Origin: Nemertoderma westbladi
Taxonomy: Eukaryota > Animalia > Xenacoelomorpha
DNA length: 62,089 nt
NCBI GenBank assembly: GCA_032718475.1
Contig: JAUCBJ010004684.1
Coordinates: forward strand, 1-62,089
Direction: 5' to 3'
The position numbers were made by a program, and so were the translations under genes. The notes under the pieces are model-generated. The model was not told the origin of the DNA, made no database searches, and saw only the letters and a list, made by a program, of their open reading frames with translations. Shown piece after piece: positions 25,001 to 40,000 of the stretch. Positions within the stretch are counted from its first letter, which is position 1; every line of letters starts with the position of its first letter.

Positions 25001-28000
25001 AGGTTAGTAAGCCAAATAGGTTAGTAACACAAATAGGTTAGTAACCCAAATAGTTTAGTAACCCAAATAGGTTAGTAAGCCAAATAGGTTAGTAACGCAA
25101 ATAGGTTAGTAACCCAAATAGGTTAGTAACCCAAATAGGTTAGTAACCCAAATAGGTTAGTAAGCCAAATAGGTTAGTAACCCAAATAGGTTCGGTTAGT
25201 AAGCCAAATAGGTTAGTAACCCAAATAGGTTAGTAACCCAAATAGGTTAGTAAGCCAAATAGGTTAGTAACACAAATAGGTTAGTAACCCAAATAGTTTA
25301 GTAACCCAAATAGGTTAGTAAGCCAAATAGGTTAGTAACGCAAATAGGTTAGTAACCCAAATAGGTTAGTAACCCAAATAGGTTAGTAACCCAAATAGGT
25401 TAGTAAGCCAAATAGGTTAGTAACACAAATAGGTTAGTAAGCCAAATAGGTTAGTAACCCAAATAGGTTAGGGGGGACCCAAATAGGTTAGTAACCCAAA
25501 TAGGTTAGTAACCCAAATAGGTTAGTAACCCAAATAGGTTAGTAACCCAAATAGGTTAGTAAGCCAAATAGGTTAGTAACCCAAATAGGTTCGGTTAGTA
25601 AGCCAAATAGGTTAGTAAGCCAAATAGGTTAGTAACCGAAATAGGTTAGTAACCCAAATAGGTTAGTAACCCAAATAGGTTAGTAACCCAAATAGGTTAG
25701 TAACCCAAATAGGTTATGGGGGACCCAAATACGTTAGTAACCCAAATAGGTTAGTAAGCCAAATAGGTTAGTAACCCAAATAGGTTAGTAACCCAAATAG
25801 GTTAGTAACCCAAATAGGTTAGGGGGGACCCAAATAGGTTAGTAACCCAAATAGGTTAGTAACCCAAATAGGTTAGTAACCCAAATAGGTTAGTAACCCA
25901 AATAGGTTAGTAACCCAAATAGGTTAGGGGGGACCCAAATAGGTTAGTAACCCAAATAGGTTAGTAACCCAAATAGGTTAGGGGGGACCCAAATAGGTTA
26001 GTAACCCAAATAGGTTAGTAACCCAAGTAGGTTAGTAAGCCAAATAGGTTAGTAACCCAAATAGGTTAGTAACCCAAATAGGTTAGTAACCCAAATAGGT
26101 TATGGGGGACCCAAATACGTTAGTAAGCCAAATAGGTTAGTAACCCAAATAGGTTAGTAACCGAAATAGGTTAGTAACCCAAATAGGTTAGTAACCCAAA
26201 TAGGTTAGTAACCCAAATAGGTTAGTAACCCAAATAGGTTATGGGGGACCCAAATACGTTAGTAACCCAAATAGGTTAGTAAGCCAAATAGGTTAGTAAC
26301 CCAAATAGGTTAGTAACCCAAATAGGTTAGTAACCCAAATAGGTTAGTAACCCAAATAGGTTAGGGGGGACCCAAATAGGTTAGTAAGCCAAATAGGTTA
26401 GTAAGCCAAATAGGTTAGTAACCCAAAAAGGTTAGTAACCCAAATAGTTTAGTAACCCAAATAGGTTAGTAACCCAAATAGGTTAGTAACCCAAATTGGG
26501 TAGGGGGGACCCAAATAGGTTAGTAACCCAAATAGGTTAGTAACCCAAATAGGTTAGTAAGCCAAATAGGTTAGTAACACAAATAGGTTAGTAAGCCAAA
26601 TAGGTTAGTAACCCAAATAGGGGGGACCCAAATAGGTTAGTAACCCAAATAGGTTAGTAACCCAAATAGGTTAGTAAGCCAAATAGGTTAGTAACACAAA
26701 TAGGTTAGTAACCCAAATAGGTTAGTAACCCAAATAGGTTAGTAAGCCAAATAGGTTAGTAAAACAAATAGGTTAGTAACCCAAATAGGTTAGTAACCCA
26801 AATAGGTTAGTAACCCAAATAGGTTAGTAAGCCAAATAGGTTAGTAACCCAAATAGGTTCGGTTAGTAAGCCAAATAGGTTAGTAACCCAAATATGTTAG
26901 GGGGGACCCAAATAGGTTAGTAAGCCAAATAGGTTAGTAACCCAAATAGGTTAGTAACCGAAATAGTTTAGTAACCCAAATAGGTTAGTAAGCCAAATAG
27001 GTTAGTAACCCAAATAGGTTAGTAACCCAAATAGGTTAGTATCCCAAATAGGTTAGTAACCCAAATAGGTTAGGGGGGACCCAAATAGGTTAGTAACCCA
27101 AATAGGTTAGGGGGGACCCAAATAGGTTAGTAAGCCAAATAGGTTAGTAACCCAAATAGGTTAGTAACCGAAATAGTTTAGTAACCCAAATAGGTTAGTA
27201 AGCCAAATAGGTTAGTAACCCAAATAGGTTAGTAACCCAAATAGGTTAGTATCCCAAATAGTTTAGTAACCCAAATAGGTTAGTAAGCCAAATAGGTTAG
27301 TAACCCAAATAGGTTAGTAACCCAAATAGGTTAGTATCCCAAATAGGTTAGTAACCCAAATAGGTTAGGGGGGACCCAAATAGGTTAGTAAGCCAAATAG
27401 GTTAGTAACCCAAATAGGTTAGTAACCGAAATAGTTTAGTAACCCAAATAGGTTAGTAAGCCAAATAGGTTAGTTAACCAAATAGGTTAGTAACCCAAAT
27501 AGGTTAGTATCCCAAATAGGTTAGTAACCCAAATAGGTTAGGGGGGACCCAAATAGGTTAGTAACCCAAATAGGTTAGGGGGGACCCAGGGACCCAAATA
27601 GGTTAGTAACCCAAATAGGTTAGGGGGGACCCAAATAGGTTAGTAAGCCAAATAGGTTAGTAACCCAAATAGGTTAGTAACCGAAATAGTTTAGTAACCC
27701 AAATAGGTTAGTAAGCCAAATAGGTTAGTAACCCAAATAGGTTAGTAACCCAAATAGGTTAGTATCCCAAATAGTTTAGTAACCCAAATAGGTTAGTAAG
27801 CCAAATAGGTTAGTAACCCAAATAGGTTAGTAACCCAAATAGGTTAGTAACCCAAATAGGTTAGTATCCCAAATAGGTTAGTAACCCAAATAGGTTAGGG
27901 GGGACCCAAATAGGTTAGTAAGCCAAATAGGTTAGTAACCCAAATAGGTTAGTAACCGAAATAGTTTAGTAACCCAAATAGGTTAGTAAGCCAAATAGGT

Positions 28001-31000
28001 TAGTAACCCAAATAGGTTAGTAACCCAAATAGGTTAGTATCCCAAATAGGTTAGTAACCCAAATAGGTTAGTAACCCAAATAGTTTAGTAACCCAAATAG
28101 GTTAGTAAGCCAAATAGGTTAGTAACCCAAATAGGTTAGGGGGGACCCAAATAGGTTAGTAACCCAAATAGGTTAGTAACCCAAATAGGTTAGTAAGCCA
28201 AATAGGTTAGTAACCCAAATAGGTTAGTAACCCAAATAGGTTAGTAACCCAAATAGGTTAGTAACCCAAATAGGTTAGTAACCCAAATAGGTTAGGGGGG
28301 ACCCAAATAGGTTAGTAACCCAAATAGGTTAGTAACCCAAATAGGTTAGTAACCCAAATAGGTTAGTAACCCAAATAGGTTAGTAACCCAAATAGGTTAG
28401 GGGGGACCCAAATAGGTTAGTAACCCAAATAGGTTAGTAACCCAAATAGGTTAGGGGGGACCCAAATAGGTTAGTAACCCAAATAGGTTAGTAACCCAAA
28501 TAGGTTAGTAAGCCAAATAGGTTAGTAACCCAAATAGGTTAGTAACCCAAATAGGTTAGTAACCCAAATAGGTTAGTAACCCAAATAGGTTAGTAACCCA
28601 AATAGGTTATGGGGGACCCAAATACGTTAGTAAGCCAAATAGGTTAGTAACCCAAATAGGTTAGTAACCGAAATAGGTTAGTAACCCAAATAGGTTAGTA
28701 ACCCAAATAGGTTAGTAACCCAAATAGGTTAGTAACCCAAATAGGTTATGGGGGACCCAAATACGTTAGTAACCCAAATAGGTTAGTAAGCCAAATAGGT
28801 TAGTAACCCAAATAGGTTAGTAACCCAAATAGGTTAGTAACCCAAATAGGTTAGTAACCCAAATAGGTTAGGGGGGACCCAAATAGGTTAGTAAGCCAAA
28901 TAGGTTAGTAAGCCAAATAGGTTAGTAACCCAAAAAGGTTAGTAACCCAAATAGTTTAGTAACCCAAATAGGTTAGTAACCCAAATAGGTTAGTAACCCA
29001 AATTGGGTAGGGGGGACCCAAATAGGTTAGTAACCCAAATAGGTTAGTAACCCAAATAGGTTAGTAAGCCAAATAGGTTAGTAACACAAATAGGTTAGTA
29101 AGCCAAATATGTTAGTAACCCAAATAGGGGGGACCCAAATAGGTTAGTAACCCAAATAGGTTAGTAACCCAAATAGGTTAGTAAGCCAAATAGGTTAGTA
29201 ACACAAATAGGTTAGTAACCCAAATAGGTTAGTAACCCAAATAGGTTAGTAAGCCAAATAGGTTAGTAAAACAAATAGGTTAGTAACCCAAATAGGTTAG
29301 TAACCCAAATAGGTTAGTAACCCAAATAGGTTAGTAAGCCAAATAGGTTAGTAACCCAAATAGGTTCGGTTAGTAAGCCAAATAGGTTAGTAACCCAAAT
29401 AGGTTAGGGGGGACCCAAATAGGTTAGTAAGCCAAATAGGTTAGTAACCCAAATAGGTTAGTAACCGAAATAGTTTAGTAACCCAAATAGGTTAGTAAGC
29501 CAAATAGGTTAGTAACCCAAATAGGTTAGTAACCCAAATAGGTTAGTATCCCAAATAGGTTAGTAACCCAAATAGGTTAGGGGGGACCCAAATAGGTTAG
29601 TAACCCAAATAGGTTAGGGGGGACCCAAATAGGTTAGTAAGCCAAATAGGTTAGTAACCCAAATAGGTTAGTAACCGAAATAGTTTAGTAACCCAAATAG
29701 GTTAGTAAGCCAAATAGGTTAGTAACCCAAATAGGTTAGTAACCCAAATAGGTTAGTATCCCAAATAGTTTAGTAACCCAAATAGGTTAGTAAGCCAAAT
29801 AGGTTAGTAACCCAAATAGGTTAGTAACCCAAATAGGTTAGTATCCCAAATAGGTTAGTAACCCAAATAGGTTAGGGGGGACCCAAATAGGTTAGGGGGG
29901 ACCCAAATAGGTTAGTAAGCCAAATAGGTTAGTAACCCAAATAGGTTAGTAACCGAAATAGTTTAGTAACCCAAATAGGTTAGTAAGCCAAATAGGTTAG
30001 TAACCCAAATAGGTTAGTAACCCAAATAGGTTAGTATCCCAAATAGGTTAGTAACCCAAATAGGTTAGGGGGGACCCAAATAGGTTAGTAACCCAAATAG
30101 GTTAGGGGGGACCCAGGGACCCAAATAGGTTAGTAACCCAAATAGGTTAGGGGGGACCCAAATAGGTTAGTAAGCCAAATAGGTTAGTAACCCAAATAGG
30201 TTAGTAACCGAAATAGTTTAGTAACCCAAATAGGTTAGTAAGCCAAATAGGTTAGTAACCCAAATAGGTTAGTAACCCAAATAGGTTAGTATCCCAAATA
30301 GTTTAGTAACCCAAATAGGTTAGTAAGCCAAATAGGTTAGTAACCCAAATAGGTTAGTAACCCAAATAGGTTAGTAACCCAAATAGGTTAGTATCCCAAA
30401 TAGGTTAGTAACCCAAATAGGTTAGGGGGGACCCAAATAGGTTAGTAAGCCAAATAGGTTAGTAACCCAAATAGGTTAGTAACCGAAATAGTTTAGTAAC
30501 CCAAATAGGTTAGTAAGCCAAATAGGTTAGTAACCCAAATAGGTTAGTAACCCAAATAGGTTAGTATCCCAAATAGGTTAGTAACCCAAATAGGTTAGTA
30601 ACCCAAATAGTTTAGTAACCCAAATAGGTTAGTAAGCCAAATAGGTTAGTAACCCAAATAGGTTAGGGGGGACCCAAATAGGTTAGTAACCCAAATAGGT
30701 TAGTAACCCAAATAGGTTAGTAAGCCAAATAGGTTAGTAACCCAAATAGGTTAGTAACCCAAATAGGTTAGTAACCCAAATAGGTTAGTAACCCAAATAG
30801 GTTATGGGGGACCCAAATACGTTAGTAACCCAAATAGGTTAGTAAGCCAAATAGGTTAGTAACCCAAATAGGTTAGTAACCCAAATTGGTTAGTAACCCA
30901 AATAGGTTAGTGACCCAAATAGGTTAGTAACCCAAATAGGTTAGGGGGGACCCAAATAGGTTAGTAAGCCAAATAGGTTAGTAAGCCAAATAGGTTAGTA

Positions 31001-34000
31001 ACCCAAAAAGGTTAGTAACCCAAATAGTTTAGTAACCCAAATAGGTTAGTAACCCAAATAGGTTAGTAACCCAAATTGGGTAGGGGGGACCCAAATAGGT
31101 TAGTAACCCAAATAGGTTAGTAACCCAAATAGGTTAGTAAGCCAAATAGGTTAGTAACACAAATAGGTTAGTAAGCCAAATAGGTTAGTAACCCAAATAG
31201 GGGGGACCCAAATAGGTTAGTAACCCAAATAGGTTAGTAACCCAAATAGGTTAGTAAGCCAAATAGGTTAGTAACACAAATAGGTTAGTAACCCAAATAG
31301 GTTAGTAACCCAAATAGGTTAGTAAGCCAAATAGGTTAGTAAAACAAATAGGTTAGTAACCCAAATAGGTTAGTAACCCAAATAGGTTAGTAACCCAAAT
31401 AGGTTAGTAAGCCAAATAGGTTAGTAACCCAAATAGGTTCGGTTAGTAAGCCAAATAGGTTAGTAACCCAAATAGGTTAGGGGGGACCCAAATAGGTTAG
31501 TAAGCCAAATAGGTTAGTAACCCAAATAGGTTAGTAACCGAAATAGTTTAGTAACCCAAATAGGTTAGTAAGCCAAATAGGTTAGTAACCCAAATAGGTT
31601 AGTAACCCAAATAGGTTAGTATCCCAAATAGGTTAGTAACCCAAATAGTTTAGTAACCCAAATAGGTTAGTAAGCCAAATAGGTTAGTAACCCAAATAGG
31701 TTAGTAACCCAAATAGTTTAGTAACCCAAATAGGTTAGTAACCCAAATAGGTTAGGGGGGACCCAAATAGGTTAGTAACCCAAATAGGTTAGTAACCCAA
31801 ATAGGTTAGTAACACAAATAGGTTAGTAACCCAAATAGTTTAGTAACCCAAATAGGTTAGTAAGCCAAATAGGTTAGTAACGCAAATAGGTTAGTAACCC
31901 AAATAGGTTAGTAACCCAAATAGGTTAGTAACCCAAATAGGTTAGTAAGCCAAATAGGTTAGTAACCCAAATAGGTTCGGTTAGTAAGCCAAATAGGTTA
32001 GTAACCCAAATAGGTTAGTAACCCAAATAGGTTAGTAAGCCAAATAGGTTAGTAACACAAATAGGTTAGTAACCCAAATAGTTTAGTAACCCAAATAGGT
32101 TAGTAAGCCAAATAGGTTAGTAACGCAAATAGGTTAGTAACCCAAATAGGTTAGTAACCCAAATAGGTTATGGGGGACCCAAATACGTTAGTAACCCAAA
32201 TAGGTTAGTAAGCCAAATAGGTTAGTAACCCAAATAGGTTAGTAACCCAAATAGGTTAGTAACCCAAATAGGTTAGTGACCCAAATAGGTTAGTAACCCA
32301 AATAGGTTAGGGGGGACCCAAATAGGTTAGTAAGCCAAATAGGTTAGTAAGCCAAATAGGTTAGTAACCCAAAAAGGTTAGTAACCCAAATAGTTTAGTA
32401 ACCCAAATAGGTTAGTAACCCAAATGGGTTAGTAACCCAAATTGGGTAGGGGGGACCCAAATAGGTTAGTAACCCAAATAGGTTAGTAACCCAAATAGGT
32501 TAGTAAGCCAAATAGGTTAGTAACACAAATAGGTTAGTAAGCCAAATAGGTTAGTAACCCAAATAGGGGGGACCCAAATAGGTTAGTAACCCAAATAGGT
32601 TAGTAACCCAAATAGGTTAGTAAGCCAAATAGGTTAGTAACACAAATAGGTTAGTAACCCAAATAGGTTAGTAACCCAAATAGGTTAGTAAGCCAAATAG
32701 GTTAGTAAAACAAATAGGTTAGTAACCCAAATAGGTTAGTAACCCAAATAGGTTAGTAAGCCAAATAGGTTAGTAACCCAAATAGGTTCGGTTAGTAAGC
32801 CAAATAGGTTAGTAACCCAAATAGGTTAGGGGGGACCCAAATAGGTTAGTAAGCCAAATAGGTTAGTAACCCAAATAGGTTAGTAACCGAAATAGTTTAG
32901 TAACCCAAATAGGTTAGTAAGCCAAATAGGTTAGTAACCCAAATAGGTTAGTAACCCAAATAGGTTAGTATCCCAAATAGGTTAGTAACCCAAATAGTTT
33001 AGTAACCCAAATAGGTTAGTAAGCCAAATAGGTTAGTAACCCAAATAGGTTAGTAACCCAAATAGTTTAGTAACCCAAATAGGTTAGTAACCCAAATAGG
33101 TTAGGGGGGACCCAAATAGGTTAGTAACCCAAATAGGTTAGTAACCCAAATAGGTTAGTAAGCCAAATAGGTTAGTAACACAAATAGGTTAGTAACCCAA
33201 ATAGTTTAGTAACCCAAATAGGTTAGTAAGCCAAATAGGTTAGTAACGCAAATAGGTTAGTAACCCAAATAGGTTAGTAACCCAAATAGGTTAGTAACCC
33301 AAATAGGTTAGTAAGCCAAATAGGTTAGTAACCCAAATAGGTTCGGTTAGTAAGCCAAATAGGTTAGTAACCCAAATAGGTTAGTAACCCAAATAGGTTA
33401 GTAAGCCAAATAGGTTAGTAACACAAATAGGTTAGTAACCCAAATAGTTTAGTAACCCAAATAGGTTAGTAAGCCAAATAGGTTAGTAACGCAAATAGGT
33501 TAGTAACCCAAATAGGTTAGTAACCCAAATAGGTTAGTAACTCAAATAGGTTAGTAAGCCAAATAGGTTAGTAACACAAATAGGTTAGTAAGCCAAATAG
33601 GTTAGTAACCCAAATAGGTTAGGGGGGACCCAAATAGGTTAGTAACCCAAATAGGTTAGTAACCCAAATAGGTTAGTAAGCCAAATAGGTTAGTAACACA
33701 AATAGGTTAGTAACCCAAATAGTTTAGTAACCCAAATAGGTTAGTAAGCCAAATAGGTTAGTAACGCAAATAGGTTAGTAACCCAAATAGGTTAGTAACC
33801 CAAATAGGTTAGTAACCCAAATAGGTTAGTAAGCCAAATAGGTTAGTAACCCAAATAGGTTCGGTTAGTAAGCCAAATAGGTTAGTAACCCAAATAGGTT
33901 AGTAACCCAAATAGGATAGTAACCCAAATAGGTTAGTAACCCAAATAGGTTAGGCGGGACCCAAATAGGTTAGTAAGCCAAATAGGTTAGTAACCCAAAT

Positions 34001-37000
34001 AGGTTAGTAACCGAAATAGTTTAGTAACCCAAATAGGTTAGTAAGCCAAATAGCTTAGTAACCCAAATAGGTTAGTAACCCAAATAGGTTAGTAACCCAA
34101 ATAGGTTAGTAACCCAAATAGTTTAGTAACCCAAATAGGTTAGTAAGCCAAATAGGTTAGTAACCCAAATTGGGTAGTAACCCAAATAGGTTCGTAACCC
34201 AAATAGGTTAGGCGGGACCCAAATAGGTTAGTAAGCCAAATAGGTTAGTAACCCAAATAGGTTAGTAACCGAAATAGTTTAGTAACCCAAATAGGTTAGT
34301 AAGCCAAATAGCTTAGTAACCCAAATAGGTTAGTAACCCAAATAGGTTAGTAACCCAAATAGGTTAGTAACCCAAATAGTTTAGTAACCCAAATAGGTTA
34401 GTAAGCCAAATAGGTTAGTAATCCAAATAGGTTAGTGAGCCAAATAGGTTAGTAACCCAAATAGGTTAGTAACACAAATAGGTTAGTAACCCAAATAGGT
34501 TAGTAAGCCAAATAGGTTAGTAACCCAAATAGGTTAGTAACACAAATAGGTTAGTAAGCCAAATAGGTTAGTAACCCAAATAGGTTAGTATCCCAAATAG
34601 GTTAGTATCCCAAATAGGTTAGTAAGCGAAATAGGTTAGTAACCCAAATAGGTTAGTAAGCCAAATAGGTTAGTAACCCAAATAGGTTAGTAAGCCAAAT
34701 AGGTTAGTAACCCAAATAGGTTAGTAAGCCAAATAGGTTAGTGAGCCAAATAGGTTAGTAACCCAAATAGGTTAGTAACACAAATAGGTTAGTAAGCCAA
34801 ATAGGTTAGTAACCCAAATAGGTTAGTAACACAAATAGGTTAGTAAGCCAAATAGGTTAGTAACCCAAATAGGTTCGGTTAGTAAGCCAAATAGGTTAGT
34901 AACCCAAATAGGTTAGTAACACAAATAGGTTAGTAACCCAAATAGGTTCGGTTAGTAAGCCAAATAGGTTAGTAACCCAAATAGGTTAGTAACCCAAATA
35001 AGTTAGTAACCCAAATAGGTTAGTAACCCAAATATGTTAGGGGGGACCCAAATAGGTTAGTAGGCCAAATAGGTTAGTAACCCAAATAGGTTAGTAGGCC
35101 AAATAGGTTAGTAACCCAAATAGGTTAGTAACCGAAATAGTTTAGTAACCCAAATAGGTTAGTAACCCAAATAGGTTAGTAACCCAAATAGGTTAGTAAG
35201 CCAAATAGGTTAGTAACCCAAATAGGTTCGGTTAGTAAGCCAAATAGGTTAGTAACCCAAATAGGTTAGGGGGGACCCAAATAGGTTAGTAAGCCAAATA
35301 GGTTAGTAACCCAAATAGGTTAGTAACCGAAATAGTTTAGTAACCCAAATAGGTTAGTAAGCCAAATAGGTTAGTAACCCAAATAGGTTAGTAACCCAAA
35401 TAGGTTAGTATCCCAAATAGGTTAGTAACCCAAATAGTTTAGTAACCCAAATAGGTTAGTAAGCCAAATAGGTTAGTAACCCAAATAGGTTAGTAACCCA
35501 AATAGTTTAGTAACCCAAATAGGTTAGTAACCCAAATAGGTTAGGGGGGACCCAAATAGGTTAGTAACCCAAATAGGTTAGTAACCCAAATAGGTTAGTA
35601 AGCCAAATAGGTTAGTAACACAAATAGGTTAGTAACCCAAATAGTTTAGTAACCCAAATAGGTTAGTAAGCCAAATAGGTTAGTAACGCAAATAGGTTAG
35701 TAACCCAAATAGGTTAGTAACCCAAATAGGTTAGTAACCCAAATAGGTTAGTAAGCCAAATAGGTTAGTAACCCAAATAGGTTCGGTTAGTAAGCCAAAT
35801 AGGTTAGTAACCCAAATAGGTTAGTAACCCAAATAGGTTAGTAAGCCAAATAGGTTAGTAACACAAATAGGTTAGTAACCCAAATAGTTTAGTAACCCAA
35901 ATAGGTTAGTAAGCCAAATAGGTTAGTAACGCAAATAGGTTAGTAACCCAAATAGGTTAGTAACCCAAATAGGTTAGTAACCCAAATAGGTTAGTAAGCC
36001 AAATAGGTTAGTAACACAAATAGGTTAGTAAGCCAAATAGGTTAGTAACCCAAATAGGTTAGGGGGGACCCAAATAGGTTAGTAACCCAAATAGGTTAGT
36101 AACCCAAATAGGTTAGTAAGCCAAATAGGTTAGTAACACAAATAGGTTAGTAACCCAAATAGTTTAGTAACCCAAATAGGTTAGTAAGCCAAATAGGTTA
36201 GTAACGCAAATAGGTTAGTAACCCAAATAGGTTAGTAACCCAAATAGGTTAGTAACCCAAATAGGTTAGTAAGCCAAATAGGTTAGTAACCCAAATAGGT
36301 TCGGTTAGTAAGCCAAATAGGTTAGTAAGCCAAATAGGTTAGTAACCGAAATAGGTTAGTAACCCAAATAGGTTAGTAACCCAAATAGGTTAGTAACCCA
36401 AATAGGTTAGTAACCCAAATAGGTTATGGGGGACCCAAATACGTTAGTAACCCAAATAGGTTAGTAAGCCAAATAGGTTAGTAACCCAAATAGGTTAGTA
36501 ACCCAAATAGGTTAGTAACCCAAATAGGTTAGGGGGGACCCAAATAGGTTAGTAACCCAAATAGGTTAGTAACCCAAATAGGTTAGTAACCCAAATAGGT
36601 TAGTAACCCAAATAGGTTAGTAACCCAAATAGGTTAGTAACCCAAATAGGTTAGGGGGGACCCAAATAGGTTAGTAACCCAAATAGGTTAGTAACCCAAA
36701 TAGGTTAGTAACCCAAATAGGTTAGGGGGGACCCAAATAGGTTAGTAACCCAAATAGGTTAGTAACCCAAATAGGTTAGTGAGCCAAATAGGTTAGTAAC
36801 CCAAATAGGTTAGTAACACAAATAGGTTAGTAACCCAAATAGGTTAGTAAGCCAAATAGGTTAGTAACCCAAATAGGTTAGTAACACAAATAGGTTAGTA
36901 AGCCAAATAGGTTAGTAACCCAAATAGGTTAGTATCCCAAATAGGTTAGTATCCCAAATAGGTTAGTAAGCGAAATAGGTTAGTAACCCAAATAGGTTAG

Positions 37001-40000
37001 TAAGCCAAATAGGTTAGTAACCCAAATAGGTTAGTAAGCCAAATAGGTTAGTAACCCAAATAGGTTAGTAAGCCAAATAGGTTAGTGAGCCAAATAGGTT
37101 AGTAACCCAAATAGGTTAGTAACACAAATAGGTTAGTAAGCCAAATAGGTTAGTAACCCAAATAGGTTAGTAACACAAATAGGTTAGTAAGCCAAATAGG
37201 TTAGTAACCCAAATAGGTTCGGTTAGTAAGCCAAATAGGTTAGTAACCCAAATAGGTTAGTAACACAAATAGGTTAGTAACCCAAATAGGTTCGGTTAGT
37301 AAGCCAAATAGGTTAGTAACCCAAATAGGTTAGTAACCCAAATAAGTTAGTAACCCAAATAGGTTAGTAACCCAAATATGTTAGGGGGGACCCAAATAGG
37401 TTAGTAGGCCAAATAGGTTAGTAACCCAAATAGGTTAGTAGGCCAAATAGGTTAGTAACCCAAATAGGTTAGTAACCGAAATAGTTTAGTAACCCAAATA
37501 GGTTAGTAACCCAAATAGGTTAGTAACCCAAATAGGTTAGTAAGCCAAATAGGTTAGTAACCCAAATAGGTTCGGTTAGTAAGCCAAATAGGTTAGTAAC
37601 CCAAATAGGTTAGGGGGGACCCAAATAGGTTAGTAAGCCAAATAGGTTAGTAACCCAAATAGGTTAGTAACCGAAATAGTTTAGTAACCCAAATAGGTTA
37701 GTAAGCCAAATAGGTTAGTAACCCAAATAGGTTAGTAACCCAAATAGGTTAGTATCCCAAATAGGTTAGTAACCCAAATAGTTTAGTAACCCAAATAGGT
37801 TAGTAAGCCAAATAGGTTAGTAACCCAAATAGGTTAGTAACCCAAATAGTTTAGTAACCCAAATAGGTTAGTAACCCAAATAGGTTAGGGGGGACCCAAA
37901 TAGGTTAGTAACCCAAATAGGTTAGTAACCCAAATAGGTTAGTAAGCCAAATAGGTTAGTAACACAAATAGGTTAGTAACCCAAATAGTTTAGTAACCCA
38001 AATAGGTTAGTAAGCCAAATAGGTTAGTAACGCAAATAGGTTAGTAACCCAAATAGGTTAGTAACCCAAATAGGTTAGTAACCCAAATAGGTTAGTAAGC
38101 CAAATAGGTTAGTAACCCAAATAGGTTCGGTTAGTAAGCCAAATAGGTTAGTAACCCAAATAGGTTAGTAACCCAAATAGGTTAGTAAGCCAAATAGGTT
38201 AGTAACACAAATAGGTTAGTAACCCAAATAGTTTAGTAACCCAAATAGGTTAGTAAGCCAAATAGGTTAGTAACGCAAATAGGTTAGTAACCCAAATAGG
38301 TTAGTAACCCAAATAGGTTAGTAACCCAAATAGGTTAGTAAGCCAAATAGGTTAGTAACACAAATAGGTTAGTAAGCCAAATAGGTTAGTAACCCAAATA
38401 GGTTAGGGGGGACCCAAATAGGTTAGTAACCCAAATAGGTTAGTAACCCAAATAGGTTAGTAAGCCAAATAGGTTAGTAACACAAATAGGTTAGTAACCC
38501 AAATAGTTTAGTAACCCAAATAGGTTAGTAAGCCAAATAGGTTAGTAACGCAAATAGGTTAGTAACCCAAATAGGTTAGTAACCCAAATAGGTTAGTAAC
38601 CCAAATAGGTTAGTAAGCCAAATAGGTTAGTAACCCAAATAGGTTCGGTTAGTAAGCCAAATAGGTTAGTAAGCCAAATAGGTTAGTAACCGAAATAGGT
38701 TAGTAACCCAAATAGGTTAGTAACCCAAATAGGTTAGTAACCCAAATAGGTTAGTAACCCAAATAGGTTATGGGGGACCCAAATACGTTAGTAACCCAAA
38801 TAGGTTAGTAAGCCAAATAGGTTAGTAACCCAAATAGGTTAGTAACCCAAATAGGTTAGTAACCCAAATAGGTTAGGGGGGACCCAAATAGGTTAGTAAC
38901 CCAAATAGGTTAGTAACCCAAATAGGTTAGTAACCCAAATAGGTTAGTAACCCAAATAGGTTAGTAACCCAAATAGGTTAGTAACCCAAATAGGTTAGGG
39001 GGGACCCAAATAGGTTAGTAACCCAAATAGGTTAGTAACCCAAATAGGTTAGTAACCCAAATAGGTTAGGGGGGACCCAAATAGGTTAGTAACCCAAATA
39101 GGTTAGTAACCCAAATAGGTTAGTAAGCCAAATAGGTTAGTAACCCAAATAGGTTAGTAACCCAAATAGGTTAGTAACCCAAATAGGTTAGTAACCCAAA
39201 TAGGTTATGGGGGACCCAAATACGTTAGTAAGCCAAATAGGTTAGTAACCCAAATAGGTTAGTAACCGAAATAGGTTAGTAACCCAAATAGGTTAGTAAC
39301 CCAAATAGGTTAGTAACCCAAATAGGTTAGTAACCCAAATAGGTTATGGGGGACCCAAATACGTTAGTAACCCAAATAGGTTAGTAAGCCAAATAGGTTA
39401 GTAACCCAAATAGGTTAGTAACCCAAATAGGTTAGTAACCCAAATAGGTTAGTAACCCAAATAGGTTAGGGGGGACCCAAATAGGTTAGTAAGCCAAATA
39501 GGTTAGTAAGCCAAATAGGTTAGTAACCCAAAAAGGTTAGTAACCCAAATAGTTTAGTAACCCAAATAGGTTAGTAACCCAAATAGGTTAGTAACCCAAA
39601 TTGGGTAGGGGGGACCCAAATAGGTTAGTAACCCAAATAGGTTAGTAACCCAAATAGGTTAGTAAGCCAAATAGGTTAGTAACACAAATAGGTTAGTAAC
39701 CCAAATAGGGGGGACCCAAATAGGTTAGTAACCCAAATAGGTTAGTAACCCAAATAGGTTAGTAAGCCAAATAGGTTAGTAACACAAATAGGTTAGTAAC
39801 CCAAATAGGTTAGTAACCCAAATAGGTTAGTAAGCCAAATAGGTTAGTAAAACAAATAGATTAGTAACCCAAATAGGTTAGTAACCCAAATAGGTTAGTA
39901 ACCCAAATAGGTTAGTAAGCCAAATAGGTTAGTAACCCAAATAGGTTCGGTTAGTAAGCCAAATAGGTTAGTAACCCAAATAGGTTAGGGGGGACCCAAA